Source: Sulfitobacter sp. (GTDB lineage: Bacteria > Pseudomonadota > Alphaproteobacteria > Rhodobacterales > Rhodobacteraceae). Taken from it: a stretch of DNA of 64,000 nt. The notes under the pieces are model-generated. The model searched no databases. It was not told where the DNA came from and saw nothing but the letters and a program-made list of their open reading frames with translations. The position numbers were made by a program, and so were the translations under genes. This document shows, piece after piece, positions 31,252 to 40,678 of the stretch (the stretch's first letter is position 1; each line of letters opens with the position of its first letter). Where the stretch lies: the NCBI GenBank assembly GCA_965212515.1, contig OZ243121.1:17620-81619 (forward strand), given 5' to 3'.

Positions 31252-32558
31252 TGGAATGGTTCGAAGCCCTCGGCCTGCTGATCGGGGCGATTCTCTTTCT
31301 CATGGCCATCGGCATGCCCGTGGCCCTGGCCTTTCTCGCCGCCAACATCGTCGGCGCCTGGTTCTTCATGGGGGGCGCGCGGGGCGTCACCCTGATGCTC
31401 AACAACGGCTTCGGCGGGCTGACCAACTTCGCTCTGGTGCCGATCCCGCTCTTCCTGCTGATGGGCGAGATCTTCTTCCACACCGGCCTCGGCAAGCGCA
31501 TGTTCAACGCCATCGACCGCCTGCTCGGGCGCCTGCCCGGGCGCCTTTCCTACGTGACGGTCCTGGGCGGCACGGCCTTCTCCACCCTCTCGGGCTCCTC
31601 GATGGGCTCCACCGCGCTGCTCGGCTCGCTCATGGTCCCCGAGATGACCCAGCGCGGCTACAAGAAGCACATGTCCATCGGTCCCATCCTGGGCACCGGC
31701 GGCCTGGCCATCATCATCCCGCCCTCGGCCCTTGCGGTGCTCCTTGCGACCCTGGCGCGGATCGACGTGGGCGCGCTTCTGATCGCCGGCATCATCCCCG
31801 GTCTGATCCTGGCCGGACTCTACATCCTGACCATCTTCGTCCAGACCAAGATGGACCCGACAGCGGCCCCCGCCTACGATGTCGAGAGCCTCGGCTGGGG
31901 CGAGAAGCTGGGCCTGCTCTTCCGCGACATCCTGCCGATGCTCTCGGTCATGGTGATCATCGTCATCGGCATGGTCGGCGGCCTCATCACCCCCTCCGAG
32001 GCGGCGGCCTTCGGCGCCCTCGGCGTGCTGATCCTGGCCCTGGTCTTCCGTTGCCTGACCTGGGAGGCGATGAAGAAATCCGTGGTCGGCGCCCTGCGGG
32101 TGACGCTCATGGCCTACCTCATCGTCTTCGGCTCGGCCACCTTCAGCCAGCTCCTGGCCTTCTCCGGCGCCTCCAGCGGGCTGATCCGCTGGGCCACCTC
32201 CTTCGATCTCGCCCCCGTGGCGATGCTCCTGGTGATGTTCGCCGTGCTCCTGGTGCTGGGCATGTTCATGGAGCAGATCTCCATGATGCTCCTTACCGTG
32301 CCGATCTTCTTCCCCCTGGCCACCACCCTGGACTTCGATCCCATCTGGTTCGGCCTGATCATCCTGCTGGCACTGGAGATCAGCTTCACCACGCCGCCCT
32401 TTGGGCTCTTGCTCTTCGTGATGAAGGGGGTGGCGCCCAAGGACACGACGATGCGCGACATCTACGTCTCGGCGCTGCCCTACATGGGCTGTTCGATGCT
32501 GCTGGTGCTGCTGCTGATCCTCTTCCCGGCGCTGGCACTCTGGCTGCCGGGGCTCTGA
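31251..32558 (+). CDS. TRAP transporter large permease (DctM family)
   Basis: 435 aa, polytopic. Its start overlaps the DctQ stop by 1 nt. Confidence 0.9.
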   Translation: MEWFEALGLLIGAILFLMAIGMPVALAFLAANIVGAWFFMGGARGVTLMLNNGFGGLTNFALVPIPLFLLMGEIFFHTGLGKRMFNAIDRLLGRLPGRLSYVTVLGGTAFSTLSGSSMGSTALLGSLMVPEMTQRGYKKHMSIGPILGTGGLAIIIPPSALAVLLATLARIDVGALLIAGIIPGLILAGLYILTIFVQTKMDPTAAPAYDVESLGWGEKLGLLFRDILPMLSVMVIIVIGMVGGLITPSEAAAFGALGVLILALVFRCLTWEAMKKSVVGALRVTLMAYLIVFGSATFSQLLAFSGASSGLIRWATSFDLAPVAMLLVMFAVLLVLGMFMEQISMMLLTVPIFFPLATTLDFDPIWFGLIILLALEISFTTPPFGLLLFVMKGVAPKDTTMRDIYVSALPYMGCSMLLVLLLILFPALALWLPGL

Positions 32559-32678
32559 GCGGGGCACGATCGCGTGACGGGGGGTGACATGACAGATGAG
32601 TGATATACTTCACGACTGACGCAGGTTAGTCTGCCCCAGAACGCGCCCGGCATCCCGGGCCAAGCCACGAGTGACACG

Positions 32679-33449
32679 ATGCGATTGACGACCGGAGCCT
32701 TCCTTTCCCTGCTGCTGACCCTCGGCGCGGCCCTGCCCGCCGCGGCGCAGGAGAGGTCCTTCAGCTTTGCCCTGCGCGGCGGCCTCGCCGTGACGCCGGA
32801 CTATCCCGGTGCCGACGATTACGAGCTCGGCCCCGATCTGGGCTTCACCTTCGGCTCCCTCTCCTGGGGGCGGCTCAACGTGGGCCAGGGCATCGGCACC
32901 GAACCGGCCACCGGCCTCAGCTTCCGCGGCGCCTTCCGCTTCATCGGTGAGCGGGACAGCTCGGACCATGCCGAGCTGGCGGGCCTCGACGACATCGACC
33001 CGGCGGTCGAGCTGGGCTTCGGCACCGTCTACCGCGAGCGCAACTGGCAGGCCTTCGGCGAGCTGCGGCACGGCATCGGCGGCCACGAGGGCTTTACCGG
33101 CACCCTCGGCGCGGATCTGATCCTGCGCCCGACGGAGCGCTTCACCCTGCTGGCCGGGCCGCGCGTGAACTTCGGCGATGACGACTACGCGGGCACCTAC
33201 TTCGGGGTCACCCCGGCCGAGGCCGCCACCTCCGCCTACAGCGCCTACGATCCCGACGGCGGCGCCCTGGCGGCGGGCATCGAGGTGCAGGGCACCTACA
33301 CCATCAATGACCGCTGGGCGGTCGAGGGGGCGGTCTCCTACGAGCGGCTGCTGAACGATGCCGCCGACAGCCCCATCACCCAGTCGGGCTCCGAGGACCA
33401 GTGGCGCATGCGCCTCGGCCTGAGCCGGACCTTCAACCTGCGTTTCTAA
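32679..33449 (+). CDS. MipA/OmpV-family outer-membrane protein
   Basis: Signal peptide LLLTLGAALPAAAQ. Motif GGLAVTPDYPGADDY. Alternating beta-strand pattern and a terminal ...LSRTFNLRF. Confidence 0.75.
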   Translation: MRLTTGAFLSLLLTLGAALPAAAQERSFSFALRGGLAVTPDYPGADDYELGPDLGFTFGSLSWGRLNVGQGIGTEPATGLSFRGAFRFIGERDSSDHAELAGLDDIDPAVELGFGTVYRERNWQAFGELRHGIGGHEGFTGTLGADLILRPTERFTLLAGPRVNFGDDDYAGTYFGVTPAEAATSAYSAYDPDGGALAAGIEVQGTYTINDRWAVEGAVSYERLLNDAADSPITQSGSEDQWRMRLGLSRTFNLRF

Positions 33450-33472
33450 GACCCAAGAGTACCATTCCCCCC

Positions 33473-34150
33473 ATGAACCTGTCCGACGCCATGCTGGGCC
33501 GCCGATCCATCCGCGGTTTCCAGGACAAGCCCGTTCCCCGCGACCTGCTGGAAGAGATCATCGCCCTGGCCAACCGCGCGCCCTCTTCGATGAACACCCA
33601 GCCCTGGCACTTCCACGTGCTGACGGGCGCGCCGCTGGAGAAGGTTCGCGAGGGCAACTCCACGCGCATGATGTCGGGCGTGCCGCCGGTGCGCGAGATC
33701 GTCGACCACGGCGCCTACGAGGGGCCGCACCGCGAGCGCCAGGTGGAGATCGCCAAGCAGCTTTTCGCGGCCATGGGGATCGAGCGCGAGGACAAGGAGC
33801 GCCGCCAGGACTGGGTGATGCGCGGCTTCCGCCAGTTCGACGCCCCGGTCTCCGTGGTGGTGACCTTCGATAAGGCGCTGGAAGGCACGACTATCGCCTC
33901 CTTCGACCTGGGCGCCGTCACCTACGGCCTGGTCCTGGCGGCCTGGTCCAAGGGCCTCGGCGCCGTCATCAACGGCCAGGGCATCATGCAGTCCCCGGTG
34001 GTGCGCGAACACGCCAAGATCCCCGAGGACCAGGTGATCCTGACCTGCGTAGCCCTCGGCTGGCCGAACGAGGAGTTCGCCGCCAACGCCGTCGTCTCGC
34101 GCCGCCGCCCGGTGCAGGAAGTGGCGCGCTTCGTGGGCTTCGAGGAGTAG
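33473..34150 (+). CDS. nitroreductase-family protein
   Basis: Track ORF 33401.. trimmed to the ATG at 33473. Motifs RRSIRGFQDKPV and APSSMNTQPWHFHV. Confidence 0.85.
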   Translation: MNLSDAMLGRRSIRGFQDKPVPRDLLEEIIALANRAPSSMNTQPWHFHVLTGAPLEKVREGNSTRMMSGVPPVREIVDHGAYEGPHRERQVEIAKQLFAAMGIEREDKERRQDWVMRGFRQFDAPVSVVVTFDKALEGTTIASFDLGAVTYGLVLAAWSKGLGAVINGQGIMQSPVVREHAKIPEDQVILTCVALGWPNEEFAANAVVSRRRPVQEVARFVGFEE

Positions 34151-34279
34151 CGGCGGCGGGATTTTGCCGCCCCCCGGCGGGCCTCGCCCGGACCCGCGAT
34201 TCGGATTATTCCCGCACTGGCCTTGAAATAGGCGGAAATCGCCCGATACTCAGCCTGTCAAGTTCAGTGTGGGGTCGGG

Positions 34280-35305
34280 ATGGAACGAAAGGTTTCTTTC
34301 GAGGCGGGTGATGTGAGCGATGCCGATGCGGTCGGCCTTTTCAGTGCATCCCGCATTGCCATGATCCTCACCAACCCGCGGCTCGACGACAATCCCATCG
34401 TCTACGTGAACCGCGCCTTCGAGAAGCTGACCGGCTACACCAGCGAAATGGCGGTAGGCCGCAACTGCCGCTTCCTTCAGGGCGACAGCCGCCAGGAAGA
34501 GAAGGCCGAGGCCCTGCGCGAAGCCATCGAGCAGCGCCAGGAGCTTGGCATCATCCTCACCAACGAGAGGGCCAACGGCGAGCCCTTCGAGAATGCCCTG
34601 CTGATCTCCCCCATCGAGGACGAGAGCACCGGCGAAGTGGCCTACTTCATCGGCCTCCAGGCCGAGGTGGGCGCCGACAAGCAGGCCGAGCGGCTGGAGG
34701 AGTTCGAGAATGTCGTCTCGGAGCTTCAGCACCGGGTGAAGAACCACCTCTCCATGATCCTCGGCCTGATCCGCATGCAGGCCCGCAAGAGCGACGAGGG
34801 CGAGGGCTACGACGATCTGGCCCGACGCGTGGAAAGCCTGCAACTGCTCTACGAGGAGATGACCGCCGCCTCCCGCGAGCGCAACGACGGCAAGATCCAG
34901 CTTGGCGCCTACCTGGGCCGTGTGGCCAATGCCATCGCACACCTCGACGGGCGCGCCGGGGTGCGGATGAATGTCCAGGTGGAGCCCCTGATCGTCGCCT
35001 CCGAAACCGCCGTGCGCATCGGGCTGGTGATCTCCGAGGTCCTGACCAACGCCATGCAGCACGCCTTCGTGGACCAGAACTCCGGCCTGGTGGAGCTGCG
35101 GGTGACCCGCACCGACCGGGGCGGCATGCGCGCCACCGTGAGCGACGACGGCGTCGGCCTGCCCGAGGACACCGACTGGCCCAAGAGCGACGGCCTCGGC
35201 GGGCGCATCGTCATGGGCCTTTGCGACGGCCTGAACGCCACCCTCAACGTCACCCGCGGCGCCGTGGGCACCATCGTCACGCTGGACGTCCCCTCCGCCG
35301 ACTGA
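34280..35305 (+). CDS. LOV-domain (blue-light) sensor histidine kinase, HisKA_2/HWE-type
   Basis: Canonical LOV flavin-adduct motif GRNCRFLQG. H-box ELQHRVKNHLSMILGLIRMQ. ATPase motifs ISEVLTNAMQHAF, VSDDGVGLP and GLGGRIV. Confidence 0.85.
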   Translation: MERKVSFEAGDVSDADAVGLFSASRIAMILTNPRLDDNPIVYVNRAFEKLTGYTSEMAVGRNCRFLQGDSRQEEKAEALREAIEQRQELGIILTNERANGEPFENALLISPIEDESTGEVAYFIGLQAEVGADKQAERLEEFENVVSELQHRVKNHLSMILGLIRMQARKSDEGEGYDDLARRVESLQLLYEEMTAASRERNDGKIQLGAYLGRVANAIAHLDGRAGVRMNVQVEPLIVASETAVRIGLVISEVLTNAMQHAFVDQNSGLVELRVTRTDRGGMRATVSDDGVGLPEDTDWPKSDGLGGRIVMGLCDGLNATLNVTRGAVGTIVTLDVPSAD

Positions 35306-35307
35306 GG

Positions 35308-36204
35308 CTAGAGCCCCTCAGCGAGGGTCAGCGCGCGCTCCAGGCGACGCTCTTGCACCGCTGCCTCCTCCGAGGGCCGCGACAGGCTGCCCGCCGCTGC
35401 CAGGGCCAGAAAGAGGTCCAGTTCCTTCACGTCGATCGGTCGCAGGGCGGCGTAGCCCTCCAGCAGGGCACCGCGCAGGGCGGCGAAGTCGGGCGCCCCG
35501 ACGGCCTCCAATAGGGCCGTCGCAAGGTCCAGCAGGCGCGGGCCCGGCCCGCCGCGCCCGAAGTCGATCAGCTGCAATTTGTCGCCCGAGGCCAGGACGT
35601 TGACGCTCCTCGGGTCGCCGTGGATCAACCCCCAGTCGAGGCTTGCCCCGGCGAGCCGCCTGTCGGCCCGGGTGCGCAGGGCGGAAAGCGCCTGGCGCGC
35701 CTGCGGCGCCAGCCCCGGCGCGGCCCAGAAGCGGCCCCAGGCGGGGCTCTCCCCGACCATCGCGTCCCTGTCCCAGGCCGGGCGCTGGAAGGCAGGCGGC
35801 GGCTGCCAGGCGTCGCTCTCCCGATGCAGCCGGGCCAGCAGGGCGCCGAGATGGCGCATGTGGGCTTCGCGCGCGCCGGGGGTCAGTCCACTCAGGGGCC
35901 GCGGCGCCCCCTCGAGCCAGGTCAGCAGGTCGATGCAGATGCCCTCGATCACCTGGAGCGGCGCCCCGTCGCGGCCTAGCAGTGGGCGGGGCAGGGACAG
36001 CCCGTGGGCCGAGAGGGCCGCCATCCACTCCAGCTCCGACAGGAGCGCCACTTCGTTGTTGTCGGCCTGGCGGTGCAGGCGCAGGGCAAAGCTGCCCTCG
36101 GGCGCCGTGACCCGGTAGATGCGGTTCTCCCGCGCCGCGACAAAGCGCGTCTCCGCCCCCCTCAGGCCGAAACGGTCCAGCGCCCGGGCGATCAGGTCTG
36201 CCAT
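35308..36204 (-). CDS. APH-family phosphotransferase (aminoglycoside/homoserine-kinase-II-like)
   Basis: 298 aa. Motif LIHGDPRSVNVL...LQLIDFG (Brenner/HxDxxxxN-like plus DFG-like). N-terminal ENRIYRV nucleotide-binding region. Confidence 0.7.
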   Translation of the reverse strand: MADLIARALDRFGLRGAETRFVAARENRIYRVTAPEGSFALRLHRQADNNEVALLSELEWMAALSAHGLSLPRPLLGRDGAPLQVIEGICIDLLTWLEGAPRPLSGLTPGAREAHMRHLGALLARLHRESDAWQPPPAFQRPAWDRDAMVGESPAWGRFWAAPGLAPQARQALSALRTRADRRLAGASLDWGLIHGDPRSVNVLASGDKLQLIDFGRGGPGPRLLDLATALLEAVGAPDFAALRGALLEGYAALRPIDVKELDLFLALAAAGSLSRPSEEAAVQERRLERALTLAEGL

Positions 36205-36234
36205 GGGAGCACCCGGGCGGGCACCGGGGCTGCC

Positions 36235-36882
36235 CTAGCCGCCCGCGCGGGCCGAGACGACGTGATCCCCGTCGATCCCGCCCAGGGCGTGGAAAAGGCC
36301 GCTGGTGTTGTTCACCCCGAACTTGCGCAGCAGCTTGGCGCGGTAGACCTCCACCGTGCGGTAGGAGATGTCGAGCTGGAGGGCGATCTCCTTGCTGGTG
36401 CGCCCCTCGGAGAGGTGGCTGAGGATCTCCCGCTCGCGCCGCGTGAGGGGCACGTAGGGGCGATCCGCCGAGAGATCGGCGAAGGACCAGACGGCCCGCG
36501 CCAGGGGCTCCTCGGGGGTGAAGGAATGGCCCCGCACCCGGCACCAGAAGAGCGTCCCGTCCTGGCGCGCCATGATGCGCTCATCCCAGTAGGTGTTGGC
36601 CTCGCGCAGCTGCGCCACGCCGCGGTCGCGGATGTTCACGAACTCCGCCTCGGAGGGGTAGAGGATGGCGAAGAGCTGGTCGCGCAGGGCCGCGCGGCTG
36701 TAGCCAAACATCTCGGCGAAGGCGATGTTGCAGTCGCGGATGGTGCGGTTCTCGGTCACCACCAGGCCGATGGGCGCGTGGAGAAAGGCCAGCTCGGCGA
36801 AGTCGCCGGTCTCGAAACAGCGGTCGATACGTATTTCCACGCTCTTGCCCCGTACTGGGATGTCCTGAATTCTCCCCCACAC
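36235..36882 (-). CDS. PAS-domain LuxR-family transcriptional regulator
   Basis: C-terminal LTRREREILSHLSEGRTSKEIALQLDISYRTVEVYRAKLLRKFG (LuxR HTH). N-terminal PAS-like region. The GTG start at 36882 is uncertain. Confidence 0.8.
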   Translation of the reverse strand: MWGRIQDIPVRGKSVEIRIDRCFETGDFAELAFLHAPIGLVVTENRTIRDCNIAFAEMFGYSRAALRDQLFAILYPSEAEFVNIRDRGVAQLREANTYWDERIMARQDGTLFWCRVRGHSFTPEEPLARAVWSFADLSADRPYVPLTRREREILSHLSEGRTSKEIALQLDISYRTVEVYRAKLLRKFGVNNTSGLFHALGGIDGDHVVSARAGG

Positions 36883-36935
36883 GTAAAGAAGGGGGGGAAG
36901 GCTTGCAACTGGCCCCTCCGCAGGGAGGATTTGAG

Positions 36936-38135
36936 ATGAATAGATTAACGCGGCTTGGCGCCGCCATTACGACTGCCGTGGCCCTCGCCGGCGCGGCCTG
37001 GGCCGAGGACCCGATCAAGATCGCACTGGTGCACGGCCTTTCCGGCTCTGCCTTCGAGGCCTTCTCGAAGCAGGCCCAGACCGGCTTCGAACTGGGGATC
37101 GAATATGCCACCGGCGGCACCAACGCGGTCAAGGGCCGCCCCATCGAGGTGATCATCAAGGACACCCAGTTCAAACCAGACGTGGCCCGCGCCGTCCTGG
37201 CCGAGGCCTACGGCGACGACGAGGTGCTGCTGGCCGTCGGCGCCACCTCTTCCGGCGTGACCAAGGGCATGCTGCCCATCGCCGAGGAGTATGAGAAGAT
37301 CCTCATCGTCGAGCCGGCCGTGGCCGACAGCCTGACCGGACCGGAGAGCAACCGCTACGTCTTCAAGACCTCGCGCAACTCCTCCATGGACATGCAGGCC
37401 CAGGCCCTGGCGCTGAAGCCCGACGCGGACCTGCACGTCGCCACCATCGCCGAGGACTATGCCTTTGGCCGGGACGGCATCGAGGCCTTCAAGGCCGCGC
37501 TCGAGGGCAGCGGCGCCACCGTGGTGACGGAGGAGTACGTGCCCCAGGGCACGGCGGACTTCACCGCTGCGGCGGAGCGCATGTTCAACGCCCTGAAGGA
37601 CAAGGAAGGCCGCAAGGTCATCCTGATCTACATCGCCGGCGGCGGTGACGCGCCCGGCAAGATCCAGGCGCTCGACCCCGAGCGCTACGGCATCGAGATC
37701 TCCATGGGCGGGCACATCCTGCCGGTCCTGCCCACCTACAAGCGTTTCCCTGGAATGGAGGGGGCCGTCTATTACTACTACGAGGCCTACGACAACGCGG
37801 TGAACCAGTGGCTGGTGGAGACCCACCAGGAGCGCTTCGACGGGCCGCCCGACTTCTTCACCGCAGGCGGCATGTCGGCCGCCCTGGCTGTGGTCAAGGC
37901 GCTGGAGGAGGCCCCCGACTACGAGACCGAGACCCTGATCGAGACCATGGAGGGCATGTCCTGGGAGACCCCGAAGGGCACCATGACCTTCCGCCCCGAG
38001 GATCACCAGGCGCTCCAGTCCATGGTGCACTTCAAGATCCGCGTGGACGATGACGTCGAGTGGGCGATCCCCGAGAAGGTCCGCATCATCGAACCCGGGG
38101 AGATGAACATCCCCATCGGCCGCACCAACGACTGA
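36936..38135 (+). CDS. ABC substrate-binding protein, branched-chain-amino-acid (LivJ/Peripla_BP_6) family
   Basis: Track ORF trimmed to the ATG at 36936 (AGGGAGGA RBS). Signal peptide AVALAGAAWA. Followed by LivGFHM-type genes. Confidence 0.85.
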   Translation: MNRLTRLGAAITTAVALAGAAWAEDPIKIALVHGLSGSAFEAFSKQAQTGFELGIEYATGGTNAVKGRPIEVIIKDTQFKPDVARAVLAEAYGDDEVLLAVGATSSGVTKGMLPIAEEYEKILIVEPAVADSLTGPESNRYVFKTSRNSSMDMQAQALALKPDADLHVATIAEDYAFGRDGIEAFKAALEGSGATVVTEEYVPQGTADFTAAAERMFNALKDKEGRKVILIYIAGGGDAPGKIQALDPERYGIEISMGGHILPVLPTYKRFPGMEGAVYYYYEAYDNAVNQWLVETHQERFDGPPDFFTAGGMSAALAVVKALEEAPDYETETLIETMEGMSWETPKGTMTFRPEDHQALQSMVHFKIRVDDDVEWAIPEKVRIIEPGEMNIPIGRTND

Positions 38136-38204
38136 CGCCCCCCGGAGGCGCACCCGGCCCCCCCTTGCGCGGGGGCCGGGGCATCCCGCAGGCAAGGTAT
38201 CCCC

Positions 38205-38972
38205 ATGACAGAGCCCTCCCTGGTCACGCGTGATCTGACGATCCGCTTCGGCGGCCATGTTGCCGTCAATGCCGTCAGCTGCGCCTTCCACCCCGGTGAA
38301 ACCACGGTCATCGTGGGGCCGAACGGGGCCGGCAAGACGACCTACTTCAACCTCATCTCGGGCCAGCTTCCCGCCACCGCGGGCCAGGTCCTGAAGGGCG
38401 GCGAGGAGATCACCCGCCTCTCGCCCTCGGCCCGGGCGCAGCGCGGCCTGGGCCGGGCCTTCCAGCTCACCAACCTCTTTCCGCAGCTCACCGTGCTTGA
38501 GAACATCCGCCTCGCCGTCCAGGCCCGCGCGGGCGCCGGCTGGGAGGTGCTGCGCCGCGCCGAGGGCCGCCACGACCTGAAGGAAAAGGCGACCCGCTAC
38601 CTCGAGGCTGCCCGCCTCCAGGACCGGGCCGCCATGCCCGCCGCCGCCCTGCCGCACGGCGACCAGCGCAAGCTGGAGGTGGCCCTGCTGATGGCCATGG
38701 AGCCCGACATCTACATGTTCGACGAACCCACCGCCGGCATGTCGCTGGATCAGGCCCCCGCGGTGCTGGACCTGATCGCCGAGATCAAGCGCGACCCCGG
38801 CAAGACGGTGCTTCTGGTGGAGCACAAGATGGACGTGGTGCGCGCCCTGGCCGACAGGATCATCGTCCTGCACAACGGGGAGCTCATCGCCGATGGCGCC
38901 CCCGCCGAGGTGATGGACAGCGACCTGGTGCGCGAGGTCTACCTCGGCGGCGCCCTGGAGGAGACCCCATGA
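38205..38972 (+). CDS. ABC ATP-binding protein (LivG-type)
   Basis: Walker A GPNGAGKTT, signature region and Walker B IYMFDEPTAGM. Confidence 0.9.
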   Translation: MTEPSLVTRDLTIRFGGHVAVNAVSCAFHPGETTVIVGPNGAGKTTYFNLISGQLPATAGQVLKGGEEITRLSPSARAQRGLGRAFQLTNLFPQLTVLENIRLAVQARAGAGWEVLRRAEGRHDLKEKATRYLEAARLQDRAAMPAAALPHGDQRKLEVALLMAMEPDIYMFDEPTAGMSLDQAPAVLDLIAEIKRDPGKTVLLVEHKMDVVRALADRIIVLHNGELIADGAPAEVMDSDLVREVYLGGALEETP

Positions 38973-39673
38973 GCCTGCTGGAGCTGCGCGGGATGCGCAC
39001 CGACATCGGCCAGTACGCCGTCCTGCACGGGATCAACCTGGCGGTGCCCGAGGGCGGCACCTTCGTCCTGCTGGGCCGCAACGGGGCCGGCAAAACAACC
39101 ACCCTGCGTTCCATCATGGGCCTCTGGCGGCCCTCGCCCGGCTCGGTGCACTTCCGGGGTACGGACATCTCCGCCCTGGCCACCGCCGACATCGCCCGCC
39201 GCGGCATCGCCTACGTGCCCGAGAACATGGGCATCTTCGGCGGCCTGACGGTGGAGGAGAACCTCATCCTCGCCACCGCCCGGGGCCGCTTCGACGGGGC
39301 CCGCCTGAAGCGCATCCAGGCGCTCTTTCCCGCGCTCGAACGCTTCTGGACGAAGCAGGCCTGGTCCCTCTCGGGCGGGCAGAAGCAGATGCTCTCGGTC
39401 GCCCGCGCCATCGTGGAACCGCGCGACCTCATCCTGATCGACGAACCCACCAAGGGGCTGGCCCCCGCCATCGTCGCGGCCATGGCCGAGGCCTTCCGCG
39501 AGATCGCGCAGGAGACCACGATCCTGCTGGTGGAACAGAATTTCAACTTCGCACGCAGTCTGGGCAGCAACATGGCAGTGATCGACGACGGAAGGGTGGT
39601 CCACCGGGGCACCATGGCGGACTTTGCCGCCGACAAGGAGGCCCAGGGCCGTCTCCTGGGGCTTTCGGCATGA
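38969..39673 (+). CDS. ABC ATP-binding protein (LivF-type)
   Basis: Walker A GRNGAGKTT, signature LSGGQKQML and Walker B LILIDEPT. ATGA coupling on both sides. Confidence 0.9.
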   Translation: MSLLELRGMRTDIGQYAVLHGINLAVPEGGTFVLLGRNGAGKTTTLRSIMGLWRPSPGSVHFRGTDISALATADIARRGIAYVPENMGIFGGLTVEENLILATARGRFDGARLKRIQALFPALERFWTKQAWSLSGGQKQMLSVARAIVEPRDLILIDEPTKGLAPAIVAAMAEAFREIAQETTILLVEQNFNFARSLGSNMAVIDDGRVVHRGTMADFAADKEAQGRLLGLSA

Positions 39674-40671
39674 GCGGCGTGATGACACGGGCCTCCGAGA
39701 CCCTGGGCCGGTTCGGCGGGGTCAACCTGCTGCCGCTCTGGATCGCCCTCGCGGCCTTCCTGCTAATCGGCGTGCCCTCCTCCTGGGTGACCCTGACGGT
39801 GGCGGGCCTGGCCATGGGCATGATGGTCTTTCTCATGGCCTCGGGCCTCAGCCTCGTCTTCGGCCTGATGGATGTGCTCAACTTCGGCCACTCCGCCTTC
39901 GTCAGCTTCGGCGCCTTCGTGGCGGCCACGGTCCTGGCAGCCCTCGGCGGCTGGCTCGACGGCGGGCCGCTCCTGGCCAGCGCCGCCCTGGCCTCCGCCC
40001 TGATCGCGGCCATCGCCTTTGGCCTGGCGGCGGGGCTCTTCTTCGAGCGGGTCATCATCAAGCCCGTCTACCGCGATCACCTGCGCCAGATCCTCATCAC
40101 CATGGGGGCGCTCATCGTCTCCGAGCAGATTATCCTCGCCGTCTGGGGCGGCACCCCCGTCACCGTGCCGCGCCCCGCCTTCCTCGAGGGGGCCTGGATC
40201 ATCGGCGACGTCTCGATCGAGATCTATCGCCTCTTCGCCTTCGGCCTCGGGGCCCTGGTCTTCCTCGGCCTGATCCTGCTTCTCAACCGCACCCGCGTCG
40301 GCCTGCTGATCCGGGCCGGCGTGGAGAACCGCGAGATGGTGGAGAGCCTGGGCTTCAAGATCGACCGGCTCTTCATCGGGGTCTTCATGCTGGGCTCCGC
40401 CCTCGCCGCCCTCGGCGGGGCCATGTGGGCGGGCTACGAGACGCTCATCACCCCGGCCCTCGGCGGCGAGATGATGATCGTGGTCTTCATCGTGGTGATC
40501 ATCGGCGGCCTCGGCTCCATCGAGGGGACGCTTCTGGGCGCCCTGATCGTCGGCCTGACGGCCAACTACGTGGGCTACCTGGCGCCGAAGCTGGCCCTGG
40601 CCTCCAACATGATCCTGATGATGGCGATCCTGATGTGGCGGCCCAGCGGCCTGCGCCCGGCGGTGAAGTGA
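39670..40671 (+). CDS. branched-chain-type ABC permease (LivH-like)
   Basis: 333 aa, polytopic. Operon position. Confidence 0.85.
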   Translation: MSGVMTRASETLGRFGGVNLLPLWIALAAFLLIGVPSSWVTLTVAGLAMGMMVFLMASGLSLVFGLMDVLNFGHSAFVSFGAFVAATVLAALGGWLDGGPLLASAALASALIAAIAFGLAAGLFFERVIIKPVYRDHLRQILITMGALIVSEQIILAVWGGTPVTVPRPAFLEGAWIIGDVSIEIYRLFAFGLGALVFLGLILLLNRTRVGLLIRAGVENREMVESLGFKIDRLFIGVFMLGSALAALGGAMWAGYETLITPALGGEMMIVVFIVVIIGGLGSIEGTLLGALIVGLTANYVGYLAPKLALASNMILMMAILMWRPSGLRPAVK

Positions 40672-40678
40672 GGAAGAG

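Noticed and set aside
34152-34171. GGCGGC-N8-GCCGCC hairpin after the nitroreductase gene as a terminator
   Set aside because: The stem is short, no downstream T-run follows, and the only Ts are in the loop. That is too weak to call.
36235-36882. PAS-LuxR protein as an EL222-like LOV-HTH photoreceptor
   Set aside because: Its PAS domain lacks the NCRFLQ flavin-cysteine motif, which is present only in the kinase at 34280-35305.
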